Assembly (NCBI RefSeq): GCF_009914755.1
Contig: NC_060938.1
Length of the DNA stretch: 64,000 nt
Strand: one strand, 5' to 3'
DNA from: the human T2T-CHM13v2.0 reference genome, Homo sapiens
The position numbers and the translations under genes were made by a program. The notes below the pieces were generated by a model that saw only the letters and a program-made list of their open reading frames with translations, made no database searches and was not told the DNA's origin. Below, piece by piece: positions 28,190 through 41,351 of the stretch; the first letter of the stretch is position 1; each line of letters begins with the position of its first letter.

Positions 28190-30049
28190 TGATAAATGAT
28201 TATTGAATAAGTGAATGAACAGATGAATGGATGGATGGATTTTTATTTAATTGTGGTAAATCTGTTGAATTAGTAACTCTAGCAATATTCGTGAGTTAAG
28301 TCATAATGTTTCTTAAAGTTTTTGTGTTTCTTCCACCCTGAAGATATGCTTAACAGATGACATTCTTCAGCAATGTTTCTATTTATTCAGGAAGTATGCA
28401 CGACCCTTCTCTTCTTGGAGGCAGGTCTGCTCGTCATGTGAAGAGCCACTGCCCTCAACAGGCCCACGCAAACATTTGCCAGCGTCCTGAGCAAGAACAT
28501 GGGGAGAGGCCTGCTTTAGATCTAATTGTTCAAAAGCTACAAATCTCATTAGCAAGTTGTTTAAAAAGTGTAGGCACTTTGCCTATTGTGACCCATCTGG
28601 CTTCCAGAATATCCTGGAAGGCCAGGCAGATTTGACCTTAGAATTCTCAAACTCTACCAAATACAGAACAGAAAGTGGCAGTGCAGGGATAACTGGTCCA
28701 AAGTCTCTTCCTTTCCCACTGAGGTTCCGTCCTGAAACCCAAGAGGCTTTGCACACAGACACCCCAGCTCTGCACTCCTCCTTCCCAATCCGAACAAGCT
28801 TAGAAGTGTCATAACCTCAGGAGGACAGACCCAGTGGAGAGGTCCTCCAGGGCCCTGTGAGAAAGTTGGAGCCAGGAAATTCTGGAATCTGGGCACCCAA
28901 GATGGAACCTAGAAGGAGCAATACAGGCTTTGGATGGTCATATCCCTTTGACCCTGTGCGTTCCTTACCCTGATAGGAGGGGTGTTGGTTGTAGGTCTAA
29001 GGTTGGTACTGTGGTCAATTTCAGCTTTTTCAGGAACTCTCACTGGTTTTGAGATTATTCCCATATTCTGAATTCCCTGCAGAATGGTCAAGAGAGTTGG
29101 GGAGATAGAACATTTGGAGAAAACACTAGAGTCAGAGCGTAGCCACCTGCAAAGGTAGTTAATGGAGGTGGCTGTTTCACCGGGAATTTGTTTCATTTAG
29201 TCTTGACCTCTTGACCCTGAATACCTAGTTTCTGCACCTGTGAGTCCCCCCAAAAGACAAAGTAACTCCTTTAGGAGACTTGGTTCTAGAAACATATGAG
29301 CATATTTCAGGAAGAACCAGAGCATGAGTGGGCACCTGCACGCCTTAAATGGGGCCTGCCCTCTGCAGTGAGCCATAAGCTGGGGGAGCAGCCCCGCACC
29401 TCTATTCTCAGGTGAGACAGGGTCACCTCTCGTGAGTCACACAGCCCAGGCAGCCTTCTAGAAACGTGTCAAACTCTATTGCACTAGTAACTTTTTTATT
29501 GCTAGGGTCACTAAAAGCCACTTTTTCAAATTATCGGAGGTTGTTTGCCAGGCTGTGCACAGAACTTCAGAAGAAGGAAAAAAGCCAATGGTTTTCTTCA
29601 CCACACATAGAATAATTTATAGGTAGGGACCAATTTACTTGCTAGGGAACAGTGGGTGGCCTGTGCCTTCCCCAGTGGAAGGGACATTATGCTAAGCAGG
29701 GTGGCAGGCTTCAGTGCTCATGATAGAAGTCAAGAGACCCTTCTAATTAATTACATGGCTGTCTTTACCCAGCATGGGTTCCTCACTTTCTCATCAAAGA
29801 CCTTGTTTAGTCAAAGCTGTATTTCTTTTATTTATTTATTATTTATACTTCCTCTCTTTCTAAAGAGAATTTGAGACAGGTGGAAAAAAAAAAGTGTGGG
29901 GATGTTCGCGAGAAGAGACTCTCTGAAATGGGACATTTGAAGAGAGAATTCTGACAGAAGTTCAGAGCATACTTTTCTTCTCCAGGCTCTTGTTCTTGAT
30001 AAAATTTCCTGTTCTACTTCATCATTACTTCTCAAGAACTTCTTTCAGC

Positions 30050-30970
<921 letters not shown>

Positions 30971-31544
30971 AAATACTAGTTTTAAAGAAAGGTCTGATAC
31001 ACTTCACTTGGTTTGGAATGTTTACCAAAAACCTTTGCTTTTCTAGAGAGGGTTGCGGGCTAATCCAAAAGAATTGGTTTATAATTATGAAATTTTAAAA
31101 AGCGTCAGAGAACCAACAAGGAAAGATTTTTGAGGAAATGAAGGCTCATCAGGAAAGCACAACATGTGAAGTTGTTGCCCACTCACATGTCTTTTTCCTT
31201 GACCTGTTTCTAGAATGTGTTGTCTCAGACAGCTGACCTGTCTTGGAGATGTAGTACTTTATAAGATGAACCAAGTATGATCCTCCCAAGGACCAGGGCC
31301 TACAGTCCAGTCAAGCTTGGGAGTGTAGCTAAGGGAGGAATGAATAACCCACTGTCATTTCAAGCGTAGGATTCTCTCATCACTCTCACTGTTTTAAATC
31401 TTCTTTATCATCACAGATTTTACATTATTCCCTTATGTATGAATGTTATTTTTATTGACCATTGAAGATTGGAACCTTTTTCTGGAAAAACATCACATGG
31501 TTGAGTCAAGGATGAAAAGTCAAAACTACCTTTTCATGTGAGGG

Positions 31545-31569
31545 GAGAGAGAGAGCGCGCGCGCGCGAA

Positions 31570-31622
<53 letters not shown>
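31545..31622. repeat. Compound microsatellite (GA)n-(GC)n-(GT)n
   Basis: gagagagaga, gcgcgcgcgcgcg, aaagc, then about 25 GT units. Confidence 0.95.
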
Positions 31623-31624
<2 letters not shown>

Positions 31625-31646
31625 TGGGACCACCTTTCAGCTGTGT

Positions 31647-31665
31647 TGCCTCCCTCTGGTGGCCA
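31647..31665 (-). promoter_or_regulatory. Candidate CTCF binding motif
   Basis: The reverse complement reads TGGCCACCAGAGGGAGGCA, close to the CTCF core TGGCCACCAGGGGGCGCTA. Confidence 0.6.
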
Positions 31666-33699
31666 TTATATGCACAAGGCCTGGGTGACATGGACTGAGT
31701 CAGAATGTAACTTACTTTTCAAAAAAAAAAAAAAAAAAAAAAGACTAAGTCATTGTGTGCACCTGAGTTTTTAAAATTATTATTGGTGGGAACTCTTTAA
31801 AAAAAGAAAAAAAAAACACAGTTAAGTGGTTGAAATTGATTAGCACTACAAAAATATGAGCTTTTTGCCTTTGGGGTAGAGTTTGAAAGCTGCCATGGCC
31901 TTCAATGAAAGCAGCATTCTGGTTGTGTATAAACCTGTAAAAGGATCTGCCTGTATGTTTAAATTCTTCTGTGTTTGGAGAACACATCTCAGAATTCATT
32001 CACATAATCAAGGCCACCACTATAGATTATTTTAAAGGTAGCTTTTAAAACCTGTTGTGTATTTTCAATATTCTCCTTCAAATTATTCCTTAAGAGTATT
32101 GTGCAACCACAGTGGATATGATATTGAGGCAGCTTATCTGGGTTTTATTTAAAGCTTTAGAATGACTCGATTTGATCTTAACCCATTTCTAGTCATGTTC
32201 TTGGGGTGGGTTGGGGGGAAATGTCCTTGAAAGAAGGAGAGGGTCAAGGATAATAAGCAATACTAATTTTCTTCTGTTTCTTATCCCCTCTTGTTCCTCA
32301 AATCCAGAAATAGTCTCCTGAACATAGCCTGACACCTCAGCATGACAGGTGTTCTGAAGATGAGAAGGCACATTGTAAAAACCTATTTATTCAGTGAGGA
32401 AATTTTATACCATTTACATTCAGAGCCATCTCTATGATACCAAAATAGGCTTAAGCAATGAATTTTTCATTTTTTAGACTCAAAACCAGATAACTCACCT
32501 GGAAATACACACTATGTAATTTCATTTCATGGGCCTAATCAATATCTTCGACCGAAATGTGTATTCCTCTTGTGAAGGAGACGTAAGATTTTCTGTTTTG
32601 TTATGTATATTACATATGTGCAATATTAGGGTAGGGAAGTAGGCCGTGTTTATATTTTTGGATTGAGTTTATTTTTTTCATAAGCTTTTTTATAGCTCTC
32701 AAAGATATTGGCCTATTTTACGTTGATTCTAACTGTGTGGAATGGTAAAGTAGTATGCAATTAAAGTTCGGTTGAACTGTCACATTGAATTTATATAAAT
32801 ATTTAAAATATATTGTTATTATATAAGTAAAAATTCATATTTTTTGTGATAGATCACAAATACTTAGTTGATTTCAGGTCACAGCCATCATAGAACTGAA
32901 CTGTTAGGTACATACATGCCTCTGAACAAACCAAGTATGTTATGTTTCTGAGTGACCCTATTTCTGCAGTACTATAAGTCAATAAGAGCATGGAATTTGA
33001 TGTTATTTGGTTAAAACAAATATAGTGCTGTAGTAATTGCAACTATTTCCTAGTTGCATGTTCTATGCCTTTTACAAAGGTCATCTAGTTTCTTTATGCC
33101 CAGGGACTATTCATCCATCGCTCTATCTATCCCTCAATCTTTCCAGATAGCTTTAGGTAGCTTAAAACTCTTGAAAGCTATTCTGAAATATTATCTCACT
33201 GATTCCTTATGGGACCTCAGATTGAAGATGTCAAAGAGTTTTTGCAGACTACCTTTTCAAACAAAATAATCATCTGAAGGTCGTTCTTTGACTCGTTCAT
33301 TTGTGTTACAAACAGATCTTGAATGCCTGCCACGTATGGCTGTAGGCTCTGGGGAAATAACGGTGAGCGAAAGCAGACCAGCCTGTCTGCCTAGAGCTTA
33401 CAGAGAAGCAGGACAGAGGTTAGGAGCAGGCCCTGCAGCCCATTCCTGAGTTCAAGTCCTAGCCCTGTCACTTACTCACTGATCAACTTCATAAATGTCT
33501 GCACTTATTTTCAGGATTGATGGAAGGAAGATGTATATGTATATTACCAAAGGAAAGAACTATGATCAATGAATGAACAAGGAAAGTAAAAGTTGATGGA
33601 TTCAGTACAACCAACTCTCTACCAAATTAGGGACAAATGCTCCCCGGCACAGGAGCTTTTGTTGTTGTTTAAAGCTAATCTTAGGAATGACCAACATAA

Positions 33700-34150
33700 A
33701 CAGTGTGTGTTTTCCACATGTTAGGCAATGTTCTAAGTGATTTACAGCCCTCTAACAACCGTGAAATATTAATACTATTATTTTCTCCATTTTATATGAA
33801 TTAACTGGGACATAGAGAAGTGACGCAGTGTGCCCAAGTTAACACAACTGGGAAGTGGAAAAGCTGTTCAGGTCCTCTGTCTCCAGAGCCCAGCTCTTGC
33901 TCATAACACCTTTTCTACCTCTCTTAAACCAGTTTATTGAGTGCCTAATTGGTCCTCTTAGTTACTTTATATGATTTATATCTAATCCTCCCAACAATTT
34001 CCTAAGCACAGCTGATTATCCCCTTTGAGATAAAAAAAAAAAGTAAAATTCAGAGAGGTTAAGTCAGGTGCCCTTTGTCATGCTGTTAGGGAATGGAAGT
34101 GCTGAGATAAGAAACTAAATTCTGACTGACTCCAAACCCTCAACTATTTC
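33700..34150 (-). mobile_element. Two adjacent MIR fragments
   Basis: ctccattttatatgaattaactggggcatagagaagtga...tgcccaagttaacacaact and cagagaggttaagtcaggtgccc. Confidence 0.65.
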
Positions 34151-34274
34151 CACAACATCAGATCAGACCCGGAAGAGAGAAGGACCAGTTGTTTCAATTC
34201 CCTGAAAGCAATTCCTGATAGGGAGCGGCTGGGTGGTCAAACGTTAGTGACTAATCATCAGCCCCACTTGGGAA

Positions 34275-34412
34275 AGTTGACAAATTGCACCTGACCCACC
34301 TCCTTTGCAGACCTATGAAACCACAATCTGCAGGGGTGGGGCCCAGAAACCTTCATTTCTCATCACTTTCCCCTAGTGTTTTTAATGACCCTCAGGTTTG
34401 GGGAACCACTGT
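34275..34412. mobile_element. MER5A-like hAT fossil
   Basis: caatctgcaggggtggggcccagaaacc...caggtttggggaaccactg. Confidence 0.65.
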
Positions 34413-36874
34413 ACCAAGTGATGAGGGGGAAATATTTTTCCCAAAGGTTACTGTCTAAAAAATCAGTTATTTTCTCTGAAACATAAGATGGTTGGTATCT
34501 GTTTGAGCAAATGAATGAATGTTATGAATGAACTGAATTATATTCCTTTGAAATGGATTGAAAGTACATAGACATTCACTATAGAAGATACATCTGTTAT
34601 GGACCATATACTTTTATATCTTATTAGTACTCTCTCAATTTATTTGCCTCCTGAAATTCTGCTCTACCAGCTTCCTTTTACTACCGGGGACCAACTACCC
34701 AACCAGTTGCTATCAGGAATAGCTTTCAGAGCATCAAGACAGTTGGCTATTCTTCTAGATCCAAACACCGTGCAGGCAGTAGTTGACGTGGAAAGAGGCC
34801 ACCCAGTCCTGCAGTTCCAGATTTTAAAGGGAGCCAGGGATGATCAGTGGGATCTCCCTCCCAGTGGGCTGAGAGAGGCAGGTAGCAGTAGTGAAAGTGT
34901 CTTCAATTTCATCCATTTGAATTTATAACACTGGTTATTTGTTCTCAAGTTACCCCCATTACTCCAACCAATTGGAAACCATGTGAGAACAACGCTTCAA
35001 ATGTATTAGAATATTTTGTGTTTGCCAAGAGCATAGCTTTTCCTTTTTGGTCTGATTTTAATGTTTTCAATTTTAGACTGACTGGAGCCTGGAAATGGCC
35101 AACTGTTTAAACAAAGTGTTTCTTTTCTTTTCTTCCCTCCTCCCCTCCCTCTCTCCTTCTTTCTCCTTTCCCTTGTTTCTTTCTCTTTATCTCAGTAAAG
35201 AGAATTATCTGCCTAATGATCAACTTCCGGGGGCTTGGTTGAAGTTTAGTGAATGAGATAGAAAAATGGTTTCAGGCTACGGGGTGGCTATTGATATATG
35301 TTTCCCTAAATTCCTTTGCTAATCCCCACACCTTGGTCAGCTAACTATAGGACTCTCCTGATTATTGTGCAAACAGTATTTATAACCTATAGTTACGACT
35401 GTGGAAATGTGCATAAAATCTATAAATTGCTTTAGTGTTTCCAGATTTGTAGTGTAGTTAGGCCTGTGGATTATGTACCTACCTGTGTCTGATTTTTGGC
35501 ATGAACTGCTTAACTCCAGAAGCTATAAGTCAGATATGACCCTGGGAAAATTTTCTAAGAGAATTCCTCTTCAGTATAGCTTTCTCATTGTATCACTTCA
35601 TGCACTGTGCTGCCTTGTCACAATTCAGCCAGTGCTGAAACCATTAAGATTTTATTAGGTTTGTCCTTGTCATTCTATTACGCGATTGGCAATGCTTATT
35701 GACAATTCTTATTTTCTGTACTATGATTTTTATAGTTTTAGTTTATTAAGTGCTCCTGGAATACAGGCTCCTGGAATTAATTAGAAAAAGAAAAAACCTT
35801 CTTAGGCAGCACTAGGAGAGAAACACTGAGCAGAAAGCTATAGCATGACTTTCGTGCTTTGAGTCTCAGTTCCTATGAAAAGAGTTAAATTACAATAAAG
35901 TAGCCTGGAATAGCTGCTGGTTTTTACTGTCATCTTTAAGAGACTGGCAAGGACGGGTTCTTGCTGCCCCCAAAGAGCATTTTTTTTGCATGTTGATTTA
36001 TACTCAGGCTTTTGAAGCTATGGTCTCCTTTAAATGAGAATTTCTGTTTTTACCTAGCACCTGCCATTAAGCCATTCTTTATAATTTCTAGTTTCCTGGA
36101 GAGGAAGCAACATATTCAATACAGTATTCACACAAACAGGGAAATATTTAAAAGACAAAAAAAAAAAAAAACCCTTTTCCTTTTGATATTTGAAATTCAT
36201 CTTGTAAAGCAACTATTTTTATCACCAACATTTAGACTTATAGGTGACATGCCCAATGATTTTGAAACATGAGTTCGTTTAATATCTTCTAGAAGCACGA
36301 CTACCTCAGTGAGAAGCGGACAGAGAGTTGGGAGAAAGTATTGTGCAGTTAACATTTTTTTCCTTCTCTCAGTTGAGCTGGGATTCATCTCTGGCTTCAC
36401 ATTACAAGCAGCTTGGATCTGTGTGCAGAACTTACATTTCTTCCCTGGCTTGGGCCTCTCTATCCTTCCGATTTTCACAGAGCCATCCTTTGCCTGCAGT
36501 GTTTTTCCTGATACCTCATGGGCTAGGGTAGAACTCTTTCCACAGGACCATGATTACCTGATGCTCTAGGGTTAAGAACTCTTTACATAGAACCCTAATT
36601 CCCTGCCTACTCATTTTTCTCCCCTCACTTAACTTTTAAGCCTCATGAGCCAAAAACTACATCAGCTCTGCATACAGCTGTATCCTCGTTCTAGTGCTCA
36701 ATAAGTATTGGTTCAATAAATGAATGGAAAGTATATTACATTTTCATGCTTTTTGATGTCCATGGGAGAAGCATTTTTAGGTTATGTTTATTAGAAATTT
36801 ATCTTAATTTTCTCTAGAAAATTGTGGCAATAAAGCCAACTTTCTAAAGCACTTGTAAGAAGGTGTGTGTAGAT

Positions 36875-37020
36875 CATCGGTTCTCAACAGTTGGCGATTT
36901 TCCCACTCCAGGGGACATATATATGGCAACATCTGGAGACATTTTTGGATGTACACCACAGCCCCAAAGCACAGAATTATCTGGCACAAAATGTCAGTAG
37001 TGCTTAGGCTGAGAAACTGG
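36875..37020 (+). mobile_element. MER20-like hAT fossil with internal deletion
   Basis: ggttctcaac...ggcgatttt...ggggacat...tggagacatttttgg...gaattatctggcacaaaatgtcagtagtgc...tgagaaac. Confidence 0.8.
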
Positions 37021-37129
37021 GGTAGTTGGAAGTGCATAAAGCTTGGCAGGTCAAAGCTGATTTTATTTTGTTCTACACAGTGGAATTCAGCTCTTTGGAT
37101 ATCATTAATAATAACAATTACATAGAGAA

Positions 37130-37350
37130 CAATCAGCATTATTATGTTCTTGCCATGTACAGACATAAGCTTTTCACAAGTATTATTTTGTTTAACCCTG
37201 TCAACTGTGCTGTGAGTTAGGAACTATTATTATCATTTTTCAGATAAGGAGACTAAGACTTGAAAAGAGAAATGTGTACTCAAGATCCTGCTGCTACTTG
37301 GTGATAGAAGTAGGATGAGAACTCAGGATCTATGCTTGGTGACCATTATA
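37130..37350 (-). mobile_element. MIR SINE
   Basis: tttaaccctgtcaactgtgctgtgagttaggaactattattatcattttttcagataaggagactaagact. Confidence 0.7.
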
Positions 37351-38920
37351 CATTCTTTCTCTGTAAATATGGTCCCCAACTTAAAGTCTAAAAGGATCGC
37401 TGCCTTCATTATTCAGTAGGAACCACAGCTGGAAATGCAAAGAAAATTTAAATTTAAAAATTTAAATTTAGAAAATCATTATGGCTTAGGTGGTTGTAAT
37501 TTTACCAATATGTATACTGATTGAAACAAAAATAGAGTGCATTCACTGATAGGTGTAAGCTGCTGTTGATACACGGAACAGAACAAATCTGCTACATGCT
37601 GTTATTTTGTGGGATTCCCAAGAAGGTCAAAGAAAGCCCTGAGAGTTTGTTTTCATTCAAAATTGAACTTGTCATAGCCGATCAACACATTGTGGTCTAG
37701 ATGGGACTTTTCTCCTATTAAGGTATATGAACAGTGACAGTTTGCCCCATGTAATCTTATTAGGAGCTTTCTTCAGAACCACATCATCTTCTTATATAAT
37801 TACAAAAGAGCCACTCATGAGTAAAATATGCCTGCAAGAGAGCAAGGCCTGGGGGCAAAGGGTTGGCTGATGGGGGCCTGTTCTCTCCTTGCAGAGGACA
37901 CAGTTCAGGAAATGGAAAATTTACGATCTGGATGCATAATAATAGTTTCTAGGCCCATCCCTGAGTACTTGGTTTGCTCCCAGTGTTAATGTCCTTGAGG
38001 CTGTTAGTTGATGAACTCTAAGCAAACACCATCATCCTCAAGTATTGATTTGTTTCTTAGCCCCTAATACTTGGCCTATAAGACAATGTAGAAGTATCTA
38101 TTCTTTTTACATATGAACTTAGAGACCCTGGTGCTGCTGTTTTTCTCTCCTAGGACATTCTTTTCAGTGGTTGCTTCTATCACACTTTGAAGATGCCAGT
38201 AGAATACTTAAAAACATTACATTTTATTCTTTAGTCTCACTTTCCTATCTCTTGTGGAAGTAATTATTAATAGCACCAAACTGTTTTTTATTCTTAAATG
38301 TTTTACAAAAGTGGGCTCCGGTGATGACAAGTAACTCTTTAATGTCCTACTAAGCATTAGTACTTGTCATCTAGATAAACATTTTCTGTTAAGGCCAAGT
38401 GTCGTACATAGTCATTGCACTGCTCCACCCAGAAGATGTAATTTACATATAAGATGTTATTTGAGACTGTCTCCCGGGGACAAAAGTGATTAGTATGCCT
38501 TATCTCTTCTCAAAAGAGTCATGTAACATGCTCTTGCATCTATTTTACATTTAATAAATTAAAACATGAATGATTAAATAAGATGTTCATAGTGCTTCAC
38601 AAATTTGAATGCGCCCATCCCAGGCTCTCGCTAACATTCTGGGCCTGAGGTTTAGCTTTTCTACCATCTTGCCAGGTTAGGCTCATGCTGCTGGACCAAG
38701 GACCACACTTGAGTACCAAGATGTTAGGGAACATTAAGATGGTTTGAAACCTGAGCTAAGGATGCCATCAGGCTGATAGCATTAAACTCATTTTTCCTAT
38801 GCCACCTCAGTTATATAAATTATTCTTTAAGTTTATAGAGAGGTTTCTTTTGGAAGGAATGGCATCCTTTTCAGCAGCAAAATGTATATTAGGTTTTGTA
38901 AAAAATTAAATAATGCTTGA

Positions 38921-39231
38921 CTTTTTTTTTTTTTTTTTCTTTTTGAGGCAGGTTCTTGCTCTGTCACCCAGGCTGGACTGCAACAGCATGATCTTGGCTC
39001 ACCTCCGCCTCCCAGGCTCTGGCAATCCTCCCACCTCAGCCTTCAGAGTGGCAGAGACTACAGGCTCATACCACCGCACCTGGCTAATTTTTCTAATTTT
39101 TAATAGAAATGGGGTTTCACTATATTGCCCAAGCTGGTCTCGAACTCCTGGGCTCAAGCTATATGCCTGCCTCAGCCTCCCAAAGTGCTGAGATTACAGG
39201 TGTAAGCCACCACATGAAATCAAGCCCGGCC
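38921..39231 (-). mobile_element. AluJ
   Basis: caatcctcccacctcagcc and gaactcctgggctcaagc diagnostics. TSD atgcttga. Confidence 0.9.
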
Positions 39232-40940
39232 ATGCTTGATTTTTAATAAAGCATCGTATCTCTCTATTTTACCTGAAAAAAGATCCCCTCCCACCCACCT
39301 TATATTTCCGAAACAATAAAAAATGAGTTTTACCTTTTCTGGTCATCGAAGGCATTTTTTGAGATGGCTTAACAATCTTTTAAATTATAGAACACATTTA
39401 CAACATCCTTGACACTTAAATAACATTTCCAGTGTTCTTTTTTTCTTTTTTAATTATATTTCTAAAGATAGCTAAGAGAACAATTTCAAATAGTTCCTCT
39501 ATGCTTTTAGATGTAAGTTGTTTCAATCTCCATGTATTGGTGAGAATTAAGAGACTTGCAGTTCGCCATGTCCTGTCATGTTAGCTTATTTTGTAGGGAA
39601 ATCAAATCTGGCACCTTTCAATTAACTTCTTTACCTCTCTAATCTAAAAACAGATAGAATACATTCTGGAGCAAGAAGGCATGATTACTATCTGTGGATT
39701 GCCTTGACTTCCTCAACTGTGTCTTCTGTCATTTCGAAATTTGCTAAAAGACCTCCTATAAAAGCAGGAAAGCACAGACGGAAGGAAGGTGGTGCTGTTG
39801 AAAAATAATTTACCCCTAGTCGTGAGCTTGGCAACTCTTCAAGGGATCACAATGGTGTATCTCATCTGGACCTAGAGGTCTCGAAGGAGGAGATAAGTGG
39901 AAATGTTTTGTGGGCTGGAGCTTAGTCATTGTCCTCGGTGACTTGAGGTGCAAGCTATTTTGGAGGAAGATAAAGAGGAAGGGAGACAAGAAGTGGGAAA
40001 GAAAAAAGTCTCTCTGCCTTCATACATGCTTCTGTTCACTACGTTTATACTACTTTTTTTTCTTTGAAAAATTTTTTCTTTGAATTTCTTTTTTTTCTTT
40101 GAATGATTGTTTTAAATCATGTGGTAATGTGGTCATGACATATGTTAGGTAACAAAAAGAAAAATAATGATTCCAATTTTGTTAAGTATATGTATAGAAA
40201 AAAGGAAAGTAAGCAAATCGATCAGTTATCTTTGAGTGATAATATAATGAATAATCTTTATCACCTTCATACTGTGTTCTTTATATTTTATTCTCTAAAA
40301 TTTTCCATTAAGCATGAATAAGGTTTTGTATCAGAGTTTTAAAATACATTTTAAAAGGAAATGGCAACTTATTCAGCTACAGCTTTTTTATAACATAGTA
40401 TATGAAAGTTCATATCTAGTAAATGTATTTGGAAATATAATACATTTGGAATAACTTTTCTGTAAGGATGCATCTTTTTAAGTGACTTTATTAGTCTCCA
40501 TGTTGCATTTTTAAATATATAACTCTGCAGGGCTTCACATTTTCCCCTTCACTTTTGCTAGCTGTCAGTCATCACCTCTACCTTGAAACTAGTCTATGAC
40601 CAGTAGGATTTGTAGATAATTATCATTAACTGATTGAGTGGATTCAGCAGTGTGCCTGTTGTAATTAAGTGTTTGGATATGCAAATAGATAAAGAATAGA
40701 TAAAAGAGAAGGTACTGATTAGGATGTTAAATTCACAATATGATGGTTGATAGTGACAGGTAATAGCATGATGTCCTTTTGAAGATACTATATTAATTAT
40801 TTCTTGAATACCTTTTCAAGTAAGTTACTGTTATTTGAAATTCCACTTAATGCCAGCCCTGGCCCCTCAACATTTCATCCCAATCTCGTTGTTTTTGAAA
40901 GGCTCAGAGTCATATTGGGCACTTCTTTCATTACTGCCTT

Positions 40941-40975
40941 TAACTGACCATTTCCTCTTTTCTTTCCTGCAACAG
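40941..40975 (+). other. FLRT2: 3' splice acceptor of the FLRT2 coding exon (branch point, polypyrimidine tract, AG)
   Basis: Branch-like CTGAC at 40944-40948, then tttcctcttttctttcctgcaacAG with AG at 40974-40975. The exon would start at 40976, 376 nt upstream of the ATG. Confidence 0.85.
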
Positions 40976-41144
40976 ATTGCAGATTGAGCTTAACCAAGAA
41001 GTTCGTAGGCTAATCAAGGCTGGCTTGACCTACAAAAGAAGAAGAGAGTTCTGCCTGCCCACTTGGGCTTGTGTTGACACGGCTGATAACTTGCCATCAC
41101 CTGTTGCCAGTGTGGAAAAATTCTCCCTGTTGAATTTTTTGCAC

Positions 41145-41180
41145 ATGGAGGACAGCAGCAAAGAGGGCAACACAGGCTGA
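41145..41180 (+). other. Upstream ORF in the FLRT2 5' UTR (MEDSSKEGNTG*)
   Basis: This is the only ATG between 40976 and 41351. Context is cacATGG (G at +4, C at -3). The TGA ends at 41180. Confidence 0.7.
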
Positions 41181-41351
41181 TAAGACCAGAGACAGCAGGG
41201 AGATTATTTTACCATACGCCCTCAGGACGTTCCCTCTAGCTGGAGTTCTGGACTTCAACAGAACCCCATCCAGTCATTTTGATTTTGCTGTTTATTTTTT
41301 TTTTCTTTTTCTTTTTCCCACCACATTGTATTTTATTTCCGTACTTCAGAA

